A DNA stretch of 64,000 nucleotides from Spirochaetia bacterium (GCA_965199955.1 CBDATQ010000001.1:1056001-1120000); one strand, 5' to 3'. Numbered from the stretch's first letter, positions 1 through 9,915 are shown. Numbers and translations are program-made. The notes: generated from the letters alone by a model not told the origin.

Positions 1-1020
1 CAGGTCTTCGACGCACGCGAGACGTCGATAGGCGCGCTGCTCAGGCGCCAAGCCCAAGCGTTGTGGCGGACGAGGGTGTCGATGTCCGCGATCACGCTGG
101 TGCCGGAGATGGCCATCATCGGGTCGGCCGTATTGGCCCCGCCGGATACATACAGCCCCGGCGGCCTCATCGCCGCGTTGGTCGTCGTGGAGGCGTTGCG
201 GGCGACGTTCTACGAGGTGTCCACGCAGGCTGCCGGTCTCGGTCGATGCGCAGCGGCGTGGCGGCGGCTGGCGTCCGCGTATTCGATCGGCTCCCACCGA
301 TGGGGGCCGCCCGATGCGGGTACGCAACGCGAGGGCGTGCGCTCCAGCCTCCGCCTGTCGAACGTGCGGTACCGGTATCCCATGCACGAGTGCGTGGATG
401 CGCCCTTCACGCTGCAGGTAGGCGAGCTCTCGGTCGGCGTCGGAGAGATCGTCGCGCTGGCGGGCGACAACGGCAGCGGTAAGTCGACGCTGCTGCGGCT
501 GCTCGGAGGACTGTACCGGCCGGGCGAGGGGACGATCGAGGTGGATGGGACTCCCTGTCCGGCCGCGGAGCTCCGGAGGCTCAGCGCCTACGTACCGTCA
601 GCGCCGCAACTGTTTTGCGGATCGATTCTGGCCAACGTGGTGGCCGGTACCGGCGAGCGCCGGTCTCATCAGGAGGCAGCCCGCGCGATGCAGGTGAGCG
701 GCCTACAGGAGATGCTGGAACGCAACGGACACACGCCGCTTGATTCGGTAGGCGAGCGGGCGGTGAGGGTTTCGAGGGGCGAGGCGAGAACCATCGCGTT
801 CGCGAGAGCGATCGCCCGCCGGCCGCCGAGCGTACTCCTGATCGATGAGGCCGGCAGCGCTCTCGACCGGGAGGCGGAACGGGCGATGTGTGCCTATCTG
901 GAACGGCACAGGTCCGCGCACGCCTGCGTGATTGCATCCCACCACGACCGCGTCCTGGGAATGGCGGACCGGGTGATCACCATGAAGGACGGAAAGATCG
1001 TGGACGACCGTGATCGATGA
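1..1020 (+). CDS. ABC transporter ATP-binding/permease protein, 5'-partial
   Basis: Frame open from base 1. Walker A GDNGSGKST, degenerate signature VSRGE, Walker B LLIDE, H-loop SHH. Confidence 0.85.
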   Translation, partial: QVFDARETSIGALLRRQAQALWRTRVSMSAITLVPEMAIIGSAVLAPPDTYSPGGLIAALVVVEALRATFYEVSTQAAGLGRCAAAWRRLASAYSIGSHRWGPPDAGTQREGVRSSLRLSNVRYRYPMHECVDAPFTLQVGELSVGVGEIVALAGDNGSGKSTLLRLLGGLYRPGEGTIEVDGTPCPAAELRRLSAYVPSAPQLFCGSILANVVAGTGERRSHQEAARAMQVSGLQEMLERNGHTPLDSVGERAVRVSRGEARTIAFARAIARRPPSVLLIDEAGSALDREAERAMCAYLERHRSAHACVIASHHDRVLGMADRVITMKDGKIVDDRDR

Positions 1021-1084
1021 TCGTGTACCGTAGACGGAATGTCGCGTCGGGACTTCTCTTTGGCCGCGGTGAAATGCGCTGGAC

Positions 1085-1480
1085 GTGATTCCCCCTTCGC
1101 ACGAGCCGGCCGGGTACCACTGCCCGTTCTGCGCGATAGCGGCCGGCGCGGAATCGGAGTTCACGGCGTGGCGCGACGAGCACGTGCTGGTGCAGATCTC
1201 CCTGCACTGGAACCCGGTCAACCCCGGCAAGGCGCTGGTGATCCCGCTGGCGCACCACGAGAACGTCTACACGCTGCCCGACGAGCTGGCCGGCCGTATC
1301 GCCCACGTGGTGCGCCGCGTGGCACTCGCCATCCGCACGGGCTATCCGTCAGACGGGGTGACGGTGCGGCAGAACAACGAGCCGGCCGGCGACCAGGACG
1401 ACACGTACTCGCTGGCGGGCCACCGACCGGAGGTCCGGCGACGGTCGAAGCGGTTCTTCGCTCGGATCGCTATGCGCTGA
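1085..1480 (+). pseudogene. HIT-family nucleotide hydrolase lacking the HxHxH motif (probable in-frame internal deletion)
   Basis: CPFC, PVNPGKALVIPLAHHEN and NNEPAGDQD are HIT-like, but the histidine triad expected right after GDQD is absent. Confidence 0.7.
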
Positions 1481-1492
1481 GCGAGCGTGGCG

Positions 1493-2212
1493 TCAGATAG
1501 CGGCGCAGGGGTCCTGTCGGTAGAAGGCGGCGAGCTGGGCGTAGACCGCGGGGTGCTCGTCGGCCAGCGTTGCCGGCAGCTCGAAGAAGTACTCGCTGGC
1601 CACCGCGAAGAACTCCTCCGGGGCCTCGGCGGCGTAGGGGTCGAGCGCGAAGTCGTCGGGAGCCTCGCACAGCGCCGTGAACGCGTCGGTGAACGCGCCG
1701 GCCCACGCGCAGGGTTCCATGCCCGCGTGCAGCGGCGGCCGGCCGTTCAGACTGCCGTCGAGCGCGTCGAGCTTGTGGGCGACCTCGTGGATGACCACGT
1801 TGAATCCCTCGCCGGTGCCGGACGCGTCGATGTCGGCCACCGACAGGACGATCGGTCCCCCCTCATCCCAGAACTCGCCGGCTGCGTCCTCCGTCCACTC
1901 GTGGACGACGCCGGCCTCGTCCACCTCCTCGAAGTCCGCGGTGAAACGGTCAGGCACGATCACCACGGTCGACCAGTCGGCATACCAGTCCAGGTCGAGC
2001 GCCAGCACCGGCAGGCATGCCTGCGCCGCGACCCGCGCCAGCAGCTCCGCGTCGAGCTCGGCGCCGCGGGCCGCCTCGAACCGCTTGCCGGCCAGGAATC
2101 GGTCCCCCAACTCCCGCAACAGGTCCCGCTCCGCGGGCGTGAGGCGCCGCAGGATCGCCAGTTCGCGGGTCGCCGCGCGCCACGCGTGGTCGTCTACGGC
2201 CCTCCCCCACAT
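1493..2212 (-). CDS. mtfA: MtfA/M90-family zinc metallopeptidase
   Basis: HEVAH (HExxH) plus YAAEAPEEFFAVASEYFFE. ATG at 2212 chosen because the longer ORF overlaps dnaE. Confidence 0.88.
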   Translation of the reverse strand: MWGRAVDDHAWRAATRELAILRRLTPAERDLLRELGDRFLAGKRFEAARGAELDAELLARVAAQACLPVLALDLDWYADWSTVVIVPDRFTADFEEVDEAGVVHEWTEDAAGEFWDEGGPIVLSVADIDASGTGEGFNVVIHEVAHKLDALDGSLNGRPPLHAGMEPCAWAGAFTDAFTALCEAPDDFALDPYAAEAPEEFFAVASEYFFELPATLADEHPAVYAQLAAFYRQDPCAAI

Positions 2213-2239
2213 TACGTGGAAAACTCCCGCCGAACGGGG

Positions 2240-2245
2240 TACCGT
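2240..2245 (+). promoter_or_regulatory. Putative -10 element (TACCGT) of a leaderless dnaE transcript
   Basis: Lies 6 nt before GTG 2252 with no SD. The same hexamer pairs with TTGACA/T elsewhere in the window. Confidence 0.45.
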
Positions 2246-2251
2246 TGGGCC

Positions 2252-5200
2252 GTGCCGCAGGCTTCGGATTTCGTCCATTTGCACGTCCACTCCGACCACT
2301 CGCTGCTCGACGGCGCGGCCACCGTGGAAGGGCTGGCCGAGTGCGCGCAACGCCACGAGATGTCGCACCTGGCGCTCACCGACCACGGCAACATGTTCGG
2401 CGTCGCGCGCTTCGATCGCGCCTGCCGCTCGGCGGGGGTCAACCCGATCATCGGTTGCGAGTTCTACCTGGCGCCCGGTTCGCGCCACGACCGCGGCGGC
2501 GACCACTCATGGTCGCACCACATGGGGCTCGTCGCCGCGGACGAGGTCGGGTACCGCAATCTCATGGCGCTTTCCACGATCGGCTACACGGAGGGCTTCT
2601 ACTATAGGCCGCGTATCGACGACGAGGCGATTGCCCGGCACGCGGAGGGCCTGATCGGCTTCTCCGGCTGCGTGTCCGGCAAGATCCCGATGCTGCTGCA
2701 ACAGGACCGCATGCAGGAAGCGGAGGAGCTGGCCGGCAGCTACCGCGACATCTTCGGTCCGGACCGTTTTTACCTGGAACTGCAGGACCACGGCGCCCCC
2801 GCGGCGCAGAAGGTGCAGAACGAGCGGCTGCTTGTCCTGGCCCGGCGCACGGGGCTGCCGCTGGTCGCGACCAACGACATCCACTACTGCGGCCGCGACG
2901 ACGCCGATGCGCAGGACGTGCTGATCTGCATCGGCACCAACAAGCGGCGCTCGGATGCCGACCGACTCAAGCAGGAGCACAGCGAGCTGTACTTCAAGGG
3001 CACGGAGGAGATGGCCGGCCTGTTCGCCGACCTGCCGCAGGCCCTGGCGAGCACGCGCGCGATCGCCGAGCAGTGCACGCTGCAGATCCCGATGCCGGGC
3101 CCGCAGATGCCCGCCTACGAGGTGCCGGAAGGCCACACCCAGGAGTCGTACCTGGTCGCGCTCGCCCGGGAGGGCCTGCGGGAGCGCTACGGCAGCCCCA
3201 CGGAGGAGGCGCAGGAACGGCTGCAGTACGAGCTCGACGTCATCGGCTCGATGGGCTACGCTGGCTACTTTCTGATCGTCTGGGACTTCATCCGCTTCGC
3301 CCGCGAGCATGGCATCCCGGTCGGCCCGGGACGCGGGTCGGGGGCGGCGTCGCTGGTGGGCTACTGCCTGCACATCACCGACATCGACCCGCTGCGGTAC
3401 AATCTGCTGTTCGAGCGCTTCCTGAACGCCGAACGTGTCACCCTGCCCGACTTCGACAACGACTTCTGCTACGAGCGGCGCGGCGAGGTGATCGACTACA
3501 TCACCGGGAAGTACGGCGCCGACCGCGTGGCCCAGGTGATCACCTTCGGCAGCCTCAAGGCGCGGGCCGTGGTGCGTGACGTGGCGCGCGTGCTGGAGAT
3601 CCCCTTCGGCGAGGCGGACGAGATCGCCAAGCTCATTCCCGGCGGTCCGAACTCCGACCTGAGCACGGCTCTCAAGCAGGAGGCGCGCCTGCGCGAGGTG
3701 AGGGAACAGAGCGACACGCACCGCACGCTGATCGACACTTCGCTGAAGTTGGAGGGACTCAGCCGGCACGCCTCCACCCACGCTGCGGCGATCGTCATTG
3801 GCACCTCCGCGCTGACCGATTTCGTGCCGCTCTACCGCGACACGCGCACCGAGGCGATCTCCACCCAGTACTCGCACGAGTACCTGGAGGACTGCGGCCT
3901 GGTGAAGATCGACATCCTGGGCCTGAAGACCCTCACCCTGATCGAGCGCACGCTGCCGATGGTGCGCGCGCGCGGTGTCGAGCTCGACATGCAGACCGTC
4001 CCGGAGGATGACGAGAAGACCTTCCGCATGCTGGGCGAGGGTCGGAGCGCCTGCGTGTTCCAGTTCGAGAGCGCGGGCATGCGCGCCGTCCTGACGCGCG
4101 TAAAGCCCACCTGCGTGGAGGACTTGATCGCGCTCAACGCGCTGTACCGGCCCGGGCCCATGCAGTTCATCGATCAGTTCGTCGACGCCAAGTCGGGCCG
4201 GCGCCCGATCCGCCACAAGGTCGCGGAGCTGGAGCCGATCCTGCGGGAGACCTACGGGGTGATCGTCTACCAGGAGCAGGTGATGGAGATCGCCCGCGCC
4301 GTGGCTGGCTTCAGCCTGGGGCAGGCCGACCTGCTGCGGCGGGCGATGGGCAAGAAGAAGATGGAGGAGATGGAGAAGCAGCGCTCGCGCTTCGTCGACG
4401 GCGCGGTCGCAGGCGGCTTCGACCGCCAGGTCGCCGCCGAGCTGTTCGAGTCGCTGGTCCCGTTCGCGGAGTACGGCTTCCCCAAGACCCACGCCGCCCC
4501 GTATGCCGTGGTCGCCTACCGCACGGCGTACCTGAAGGCCAACTATCCGGCGGAGTTCATGGCGGCGAACCTCACCAACGAAATGCACGACACCGACAAG
4601 CTGGCCGAGTATGTGAACGAGGCGCGCGACCTGGGGCTGGAGGTCCTGCCGCCCTCGATCAACCGGTCGGCGGCCGACTTCAGCGTCGCCGAGGAACGAA
4701 TCCTCTTCGGCCTGCGCGGCATCAAGAACGTGGGCACCGGTGCGGTCGACTCGATCGTCGCCGAACGGGAGCACGGCGGCCCGTACCAGGATTTCATCGA
4801 CTTCGTCTCCCGCATCGACGCGCGCGCGGTCAACCGCAAGGTGATCGAGACGCTGGTTCGGGTGGGCGCATTCGACGGACTGGGTCACAATCGCGCCACG
4901 CTGTGTGAGAACCTGGAACGGTTGCTGGAGTCGGCCGACGCGGAGCGCCAGCGCACCGCCCACGGCCAGCAGGACCTGTTCGCCGCTGACGAGGGGGTGC
5001 GGGCAGCGCGGCCGGAGCTTGCACGGCACGATGAGTGGGACCAGGCGGCGATGCTTCAGGACGAGCGCGACAACCTCGGCATGTACTTCACCGGTCATCC
5101 GCTGGACGACTACGCAGATCTGCGCCCGCAGAAGGGGGTCGCCGAGCTGGCGACGCTGGACTCCCGCTCCGACGGGTCGCCGGTGGCGGCCATCGGCATC

Positions 5201-5716
5201 GTCGGCGAAATCCGGGAGATCGCCACCCGGTCCGGCCAGCGCATGGCGTTCGCGCAGTTGGAAGACTACGGCGTCACCGCGGAGGTGGTGGTGTTCCCGG
5301 ACGCGTTCGACGCCGGCCGCGAACGGCTCCAGACCGGCGCGGTGGTCGCCGTGAGCGGCAGGGTCGACCGCTCACGGGGCAGCAGCAAGATTCTGGCCGA
5401 AGTGATCACGGCCCCCGACGGTCTGCCGGACCGACCCTACCGGAGCGTGCACCTGCGCGTGCAGGCGGACGACGAACAAGGCTTGGTGGCGCTGCGCGAC
5501 CTCTGCATGGATCGCCCCGGGCAGTGTCAGCTCTTTCTGCACTACGGCAACGGCACGCCGGCCGACGACGCCGTCAACGGCGACGACGACGCGGCACGCG
5601 CCGCGGCGGGGGAAGTGGTCATCCGCGCGGGTCCGCAGCTCTCCGTGTCGAGCGACGGCGAGATGCTGCAGGCGCTGTCCGCGTCTCCATTGGTGGTGGA
5701 AGCATGGGCGGAGTGA
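2252..5716 (+). CDS. dnaE: DNA polymerase III alpha subunit
   Basis: PHP motifs HLHVHS, LTDHG, TNDIHY; GPGRGSGA; PDFDNDF; KIDILGL; C-terminal OB fold. Start GTG 2252 inferred from where homology begins. Confidence 0.97.
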   Translation: MPQASDFVHLHVHSDHSLLDGAATVEGLAECAQRHEMSHLALTDHGNMFGVARFDRACRSAGVNPIIGCEFYLAPGSRHDRGGDHSWSHHMGLVAADEVGYRNLMALSTIGYTEGFYYRPRIDDEAIARHAEGLIGFSGCVSGKIPMLLQQDRMQEAEELAGSYRDIFGPDRFYLELQDHGAPAAQKVQNERLLVLARRTGLPLVATNDIHYCGRDDADAQDVLICIGTNKRRSDADRLKQEHSELYFKGTEEMAGLFADLPQALASTRAIAEQCTLQIPMPGPQMPAYEVPEGHTQESYLVALAREGLRERYGSPTEEAQERLQYELDVIGSMGYAGYFLIVWDFIRFAREHGIPVGPGRGSGAASLVGYCLHITDIDPLRYNLLFERFLNAERVTLPDFDNDFCYERRGEVIDYITGKYGADRVAQVITFGSLKARAVVRDVARVLEIPFGEADEIAKLIPGGPNSDLSTALKQEARLREVREQSDTHRTLIDTSLKLEGLSRHASTHAAAIVIGTSALTDFVPLYRDTRTEAISTQYSHEYLEDCGLVKIDILGLKTLTLIERTLPMVRARGVELDMQTVPEDDEKTFRMLGEGRSACVFQFESAGMRAVLTRVKPTCVEDLIALNALYRPGPMQFIDQFVDAKSGRRPIRHKVAELEPILRETYGVIVYQEQVMEIARAVAGFSLGQADLLRRAMGKKKMEEMEKQRSRFVDGAVAGGFDRQVAAELFESLVPFAEYGFPKTHAAPYAVVAYRTAYLKANYPAEFMAANLTNEMHDTDKLAEYVNEARDLGLEVLPPSINRSAADFSVAEERILFGLRGIKNVGTGAVDSIVAEREHGGPYQDFIDFVSRIDARAVNRKVIETLVRVGAFDGLGHNRATLCENLERLLESADAERQRTAHGQQDLFAADEGVRAARPELARHDEWDQAAMLQDERDNLGMYFTGHPLDDYADLRPQKGVAELATLDSRSDGSPVAAIGIVGEIREIATRSGQRMAFAQLEDYGVTAEVVVFPDAFDAGRERLQTGAVVAVSGRVDRSRGSSKILAEVITAPDGLPDRPYRSVHLRVQADDEQGLVALRDLCMDRPGQCQLFLHYGNGTPADDAVNGDDDAARAAAGEVVIRAGPQLSVSSDGEMLQALSASPLVVEAWAE

Positions 5717-6321
5717 CGGATCTGTTTCGGTTCCTGCAGGCGGTCGTGCTGGTGTACCTGGTGCTGGTCGCGCTCCGGATCATCATCACGTGGTTCCGCG
5801 GCGCCGATCACCACGCGCCGACCGAGATCCTGGCGCGCGTCACCGATCCCTATCTGCGCTGGTTTCAGCGCCTGCGATTCCTGCGCGTCGGCGTGTTGGA
5901 CTTCTCCCCCGCGGCAGCGATTCTGGTCCTGATCGTGGCCGGGAACGTGCTGCAGCGGCTTGCGGCGGCGCAACGAGTGACCGTCGGCATCGTGCTCGCT
6001 CAGGTGCTGCTGGTCGCCTGGTCGGCGGCGTCCGTGCTGGTCGTGGTGTTCATGATCATGACCGTCGCGCGTGCGTTCATCGCCGCCATGCGCTGGGAGC
6101 AGGGCGGCGGACTGCTGAACATGCTCGATCACACGCTGCAGCCGATGGTCACCTTCGTGTCTCGCCGGATTTCGCTGGGCGAACGGCTCATGGAGCGGGG
6201 ACAGACGGTGCAGAAGGTGGCCTACCTGGGCCTGATCGCCGTGCTGCTCCTGGTGGTGCTGATCGTCGGCAACATCGTGGTGCGGTGGCTGGTCGCACAG
6301 TTCCTGAGCTCTCCGTTCTGA
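5704..6321 (+). CDS. yggT: YggT-family membrane protein
   Basis: ILARVTDPYL...LDFSP YggT motif and several hydrophobic helices. ATG 5704 overlaps the end of dnaE. Confidence 0.85.
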   Translation: MGGVTDLFRFLQAVVLVYLVLVALRIIITWFRGADHHAPTEILARVTDPYLRWFQRLRFLRVGVLDFSPAAAILVLIVAGNVLQRLAAAQRVTVGIVLAQVLLVAWSAASVLVVVFMIMTVARAFIAAMRWEQGGGLLNMLDHTLQPMVTFVSRRISLGERLMERGQTVQKVAYLGLIAVLLLVVLIVGNIVVRWLVAQFLSSPF

Positions 6322-6394
6322 GCGCCCCAAAGGCGTCGCCTACGGCTCCGTCTTTGGCCCATCCCCAACTTTTTCGCTACGGTGTCCGTCGGAT

Positions 6395-8569
6395 ATGCCG
6401 CTGGCGCGCCAATCCGACGAACTCCGCAGCGGGACTCTGTCCGCACCGATCCTTGCGTGGGACGATGACGTAGCGGCGCTCCGCGGCGTCGGCCCCGCCA
6501 CGCGGGAGCGGCTGGGGCGGCTCGGTTTGCAGACCGTCGGCGACCTGCTGATGCACATGCCGCGCGGCTACCAGGACCGCCGGCGGTCGCTGCCGCTGGC
6601 GCAGGTCGCCGCCGGCACCGACGCCTGCGTCAGCGCGACCGTGGTGCGCATCGGCTCCTTCCGGTTTCGCGGCCGCCGTACGCCCACGATCACGATCGCC
6701 GACGCCGCCGGCGACAGGGCCATGCTGTACGCGTTCGGCCGGCCGCAACTCGGGAGGACGCTGACGGCCGGTCAGCCGGTGCTGGTCTACGGCAGGTTCG
6801 ACCGTCGCAACGGCAGGCTCCAGGCCGGCAGCTTCGAGTTGATGAGCCCGGAAGAGATGGCGGCCGGAACGCTGCTGCCCGTATATCCGGCCGCCGCCGG
6901 ACTCGCGCAGCGTCTGCTGCGCCGCCTGGTCGATGAAGCCCTTGCGGGGGCCGCGCGCTCCGCCCGCTATCGGGTGCCGCGGGAAATGGCCGCCGTCCGC
7001 CGCCTGCCCGACAAGGGTGCGGCCTTGCGATGTGTCCATGGTCCGCCGGGCCCCGAGGAGGCCGAACGGGCGCGGCGCGCGCTGGCCTACGAGGAGCTGT
7101 TTCTGCTTCAGCTCGAGCTGGCGCGCCGCTCGCCGGCCGGCCGGCCGCGCCCGGCACCCCGGAAGCGGGCCGGAAGGCTGCAGGCGGCGATGCTCGAGCG
7201 GCTCCCGTTCACGCTCACGGGCGCGCAACGCGCCGTCCTGGCCGAGATCGAGGAAGATCTCTACAGGCCTCACACCTCTGCCCGGCTGGTGCAGGGAGAC
7301 GTGGGCTGCGGCAAGACCCTGGTGGCGCTGCTGGCGGCCGCGGGCGTGATCGACGCCGGCCGACAGGTGGCGGTCGTCGTCCCGTCGGAGGCGCTCTGCT
7401 ACCAGCATGCCGAGACCGCGTCGAGGCTGCTGGAGCCGCTGGGGGTGAGGCTCGGACTGCTGTCCGGAAGCACCGACCGGGCGGCCCGGACCCACCTGCT
7501 CCCGGCCCTGGCGGCCGGCGATGTCGATCTGCTGCTGAGCACTCACGCCGTGCTCTCCGAGCCGGTTCGCTTCGCAGACCTGGGGTTGGTGGTGATCGAC
7601 GAGCAGCACAAGTTCGGGGTCGCGCAGCGAGCCGCCGTCGCCGCCAAGGCGCCCCGCGGCGACCTGATCCTGATGACCGCCACGCCGATCCCGCGGACGC
7701 TGGCGCTCACGTTCTTCGGCGACCTGACGGTGAGCTCGATCGACCGCCAGCCGCCGGGACGTCCGGCGCTGCGTACCCACCTGGTGCGCAAGGAGCGTCG
7801 GGAGCGAGTGTACGCGCATGTCGAATCGGAGCTGGCCGCCGGTCGCCAGGCCTATTTCGTCTGTCCCTCCATCGGCGGCGACGGCACGGTGCCGGTCGGC
7901 GCGGTGGCGGACGCCGTGGCGGCGGACGCCAGTGGAGACCTCTTCGCCGCGGCCGCGGAGCCCGGCCCCGCGGCCGTGCCCGAGGAGGATGCGCCCGAGG
8001 GGGCGGACGGTCCCGCCGCTTCGGCGAACGCGCTCTTCGCGCGGCTCCGGCAGCGCTTTGCCGGTTTCAGCGTCGGGCTGGCCCACGGCGGCATGTCCCC
8101 GGCCGAGCAGCGGGCGACCTTGAGCGCCTTTCACGAAGGCTCGGTCGACGCGCTGGTGGCCACCACGGTCGTGGAGGTTGGGCTGGACGTTCCGAACGCG
8201 ACCTGCATGGTGGTCGAGCACGCGGAACGCTTCGGGCTCGCGGCGCTGCACCAGCTTCGCGGACGGGTCGGCCGCGGCACCGATCCCGCGTACGCCTTCT
8301 TCGTCTACGGCAAGGACCTCACACCGCAGGCGGCCGAGCGGCTCCGTGCCGTCAAGGAGCACGCCGACGGCTTCGCGCTGGCGGACCTGGACCTGGCGCA
8401 GCGCGGTCCGGGTGAGCTGGCCGGCACGCGCCAAGCGGGCCTGCCGCGGTTGCGTGCCGCGCGTCTGGCCGACGACCTGGACCTGATGCGTCAGGCTCAG
8501 GCCGACGCGCGCCGTCATCACCGCTGTGGTCGGGAAGCGTCGGCCGCCGGCGGCCGGACATGCGGGTGA
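6395..8569 (+). CDS. recG: ATP-dependent DNA helicase RecG
   Basis: QGDVGCGKT, DEQHKFG, MTATPIPRTL, HQLRGRVGRG, RGPGE. Confidence 0.96.
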   Translation: MPLARQSDELRSGTLSAPILAWDDDVAALRGVGPATRERLGRLGLQTVGDLLMHMPRGYQDRRRSLPLAQVAAGTDACVSATVVRIGSFRFRGRRTPTITIADAAGDRAMLYAFGRPQLGRTLTAGQPVLVYGRFDRRNGRLQAGSFELMSPEEMAAGTLLPVYPAAAGLAQRLLRRLVDEALAGAARSARYRVPREMAAVRRLPDKGAALRCVHGPPGPEEAERARRALAYEELFLLQLELARRSPAGRPRPAPRKRAGRLQAAMLERLPFTLTGAQRAVLAEIEEDLYRPHTSARLVQGDVGCGKTLVALLAAAGVIDAGRQVAVVVPSEALCYQHAETASRLLEPLGVRLGLLSGSTDRAARTHLLPALAAGDVDLLLSTHAVLSEPVRFADLGLVVIDEQHKFGVAQRAAVAAKAPRGDLILMTATPIPRTLALTFFGDLTVSSIDRQPPGRPALRTHLVRKERRERVYAHVESELAAGRQAYFVCPSIGGDGTVPVGAVADAVAADASGDLFAAAAEPGPAAVPEEDAPEGADGPAASANALFARLRQRFAGFSVGLAHGGMSPAEQRATLSAFHEGSVDALVATTVVEVGLDVPNATCMVVEHAERFGLAALHQLRGRVGRGTDPAYAFFVYGKDLTPQAAERLRAVKEHADGFALADLDLAQRGPGELAGTRQAGLPRLRAARLADDLDLMRQAQADARRHHRCGREASAAGGRTCG

Positions 8570-9129
8570 CCGGCGGCGCGGCTCGCGGCCGCGCGCTCAG
8601 CGTCCCGGCGGGGGCGCGGCCGATGACCGCGCGCATGCGCGAGGCGCTGTTCGTCATCCTCGGCGGCGTCCTCGGCGGTGTGCCGGGCGGAATCGACGGC
8701 GGCGTGCGGGGCCGTTCGTTCCTGGACCTGTTCGCCGGCTCGGGCCTGCTGTCCGCCGAGGCCGCCTCCCGCGGGGCGGGACCGATCGTCGCGGTGGAGC
8801 GCGACGCACGCAAGCGGCGCACGATCCGGGCGAACATCGAGGCCGTCGGCGCTCGCGCCACGGTGATCACGGCGCCGGCCGAACGGTTCATCGCCGTGGC
8901 CGGACGGCGCGGGCAGCGGTTCGACGTGGTCTGCGTGGATCCGCCCTACGCGTACCGCCACAAGCACGGGCTGTTGACCGCGCTGGCGCACGCGGGGCTC
9001 GTGGAGACGTCCGGCTGCCTGGCGCTGCACTGCCCCGCGGACGATCCGCTCGATCCTGCGGCTGTGCCGCTCAGGCTGGTCGACCACCGGCGCTACGGGC
9101 AGTCGGCGCTGATGCTCTTCCAGCCGTGA
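8560..9129 (+). CDS. rsmD: 16S rRNA m2G966 methyltransferase RsmD
   Basis: MRVTGG..RGR N-terminus, REALF, FLDLFAGSG, DPPY, RRYG; follows recG. Confidence 0.9.
   Translation: MRVTGGAARGRALSVPAGARPMTARMREALFVILGGVLGGVPGGIDGGVRGRSFLDLFAGSGLLSAEAASRGAGPIVAVERDARKRRTIRANIEAVGARATVITAPAERFIAVAGRRGQRFDVVCVDPPYAYRHKHGLLTALAHAGLVETSGCLALHCPADDPLDPAAVPLRLVDHRRYGQSALMLFQP
8659..8706 (+). repeat. Four degenerate 12-nt in-frame tandem units inside rsmD (LGGV-LGGV-PGGI-DGGV)
   Basis: ctcggcggcgtc ctcggcggtgtg ccgggcggaatc gacggcggcgtg. Confidence 0.6.
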
Positions 9130-9204
9130 CCGGCCCGGTCCCACCGACGGGGGTTGCAAGCGGTGGAGGATCGGTAGTAGAAACTGCCGCATGTACGAGG
9201 GGCT

Positions 9205-9277
9205 GCCTCTGTAGCTCAGTTGGTAGAGCACCTCCATGGTAAGGAGGGGGTCACCGGTTCAAATCCGGTCGGAGGCT
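9205..9277 (+). tRNA. tRNA-Thr(GGT)
   Basis: Acceptor gcctctg/cggaggc, anticodon arm cctcc-atGGTaa-ggagg, T-loop ggttcaaatcc. CCA not encoded. Confidence 0.95.
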
Positions 9278-9318
9278 CGTTTCGGGCCCGTTCCGCACAG
9301 GGGTGACGTGCGGCCCGC

Positions 9319-9347
9319 TTGACACGTGCCCGGCGTTCCCGTATTCT
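9319..9347 (+). promoter_or_regulatory. Sigma70-type promoter upstream of rpmG
   Basis: TTGACA-17 nt-TATTCT. Confidence 0.7.
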
Positions 9348-9378
9348 TAAATCACCCTTCGGCAACGGAGTACTCTCG

Positions 9379-9576
9379 ATGGCCAAGACCAAGGTGGTGG
9401 AGTTGGTGGCGTTGGCTTGCACGCAGCCCGACGGCTGCACGCAGCCCGGCGGCTTGGAGCTTCGCAACTACACGACGACCAAGAATCGTCGCAATACGCA
9501 GGGCAAGCTTGAGCTCAAGAAGTATTGCCCCCGCTGCCGCACGCACACGGTGCATCGAGAGGCGCGCGTCAAGTAG
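9379..9576 (+). CDS. rpmG: 50S ribosomal protein L33
   Basis: [35 protein letters not shown]; lies between tRNA-Thr and tRNA-Trp/secE. Confidence 0.95.
   Translation: MAKTKVVELVALACTQPDGCTQPGGLELRNYTTTKNRRNTQGKLELKKYCPRCRTHTVHREARVK
9418..9453 (+). repeat. 18-nt tandem duplication in rpmG ([12 protein letters not shown])
   Basis: tgcacgcagcccgacggc / tgcacgcagcccggcggc, one mismatch. Confidence 0.9.
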
Positions 9577-9636
9577 CTGCAGAGTGGTTTGACGAGTCGG
9601 ATTGAAGGCGAGCGGGCGCGGAACGAAGGCATCGGA

Positions 9637-9711
9637 AGGCCAGTAGTTCCAACTGGTTAGAGCGCCGGTCTCCAAAACCGGATGTTGCAGGTTCGAATCC
9701 TGCCTGGCCTG
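9637..9711 (+). tRNA. tRNA-Trp(CCA)
   Basis: Acceptor aggccag/ctggcct, anticodon arm ccggt-ctCCAaa-accgg, T-loop ggttcgaatcc; canonical position before secE. Confidence 0.95.
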
Positions 9712-9735
9712 GAAGCGAGTAGAGGAAGCGATATC

Positions 9736-9915
9736 GTGGGTCGGATCATACAGTTCTTTCGCGAGAGCTATGGCGAGTTGCGCAAGGTGGCGTGGCCGAG
9801 CCGAGAGGAGGTCGCCAGTTCCACTAAGGTGGTGCTCGTGTCGGTCTCTCTCATTGCGCTCGCGCTGGGGCTGATCGACTTCCTGCTGTTCCAGGCGATC
9901 GATCTGGTCTTCTGA
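9736..9915 (+). CDS. secE: Preprotein translocase subunit SecE
   Basis: ELRKVAWPS motif plus one TM helix; GTG start after AGAGG. Confidence 0.93.
   Translation: MGRIIQFFRESYGELRKVAWPSREEVASSTKVVLVSVSLIALALGLIDFLLFQAIDLVF

Noticed and set aside
1487..2251. 255-aa N-terminal extension of DnaE in the ORF track
   Set aside because: It is the antisense of mtfA; DnaE homology begins at about 2252.
9205..9711. tRNA genes as integration sites
   Set aside because: No duplicated tRNA 3' end was noticed, no integrase is present, and the flanking gene order is canonical.
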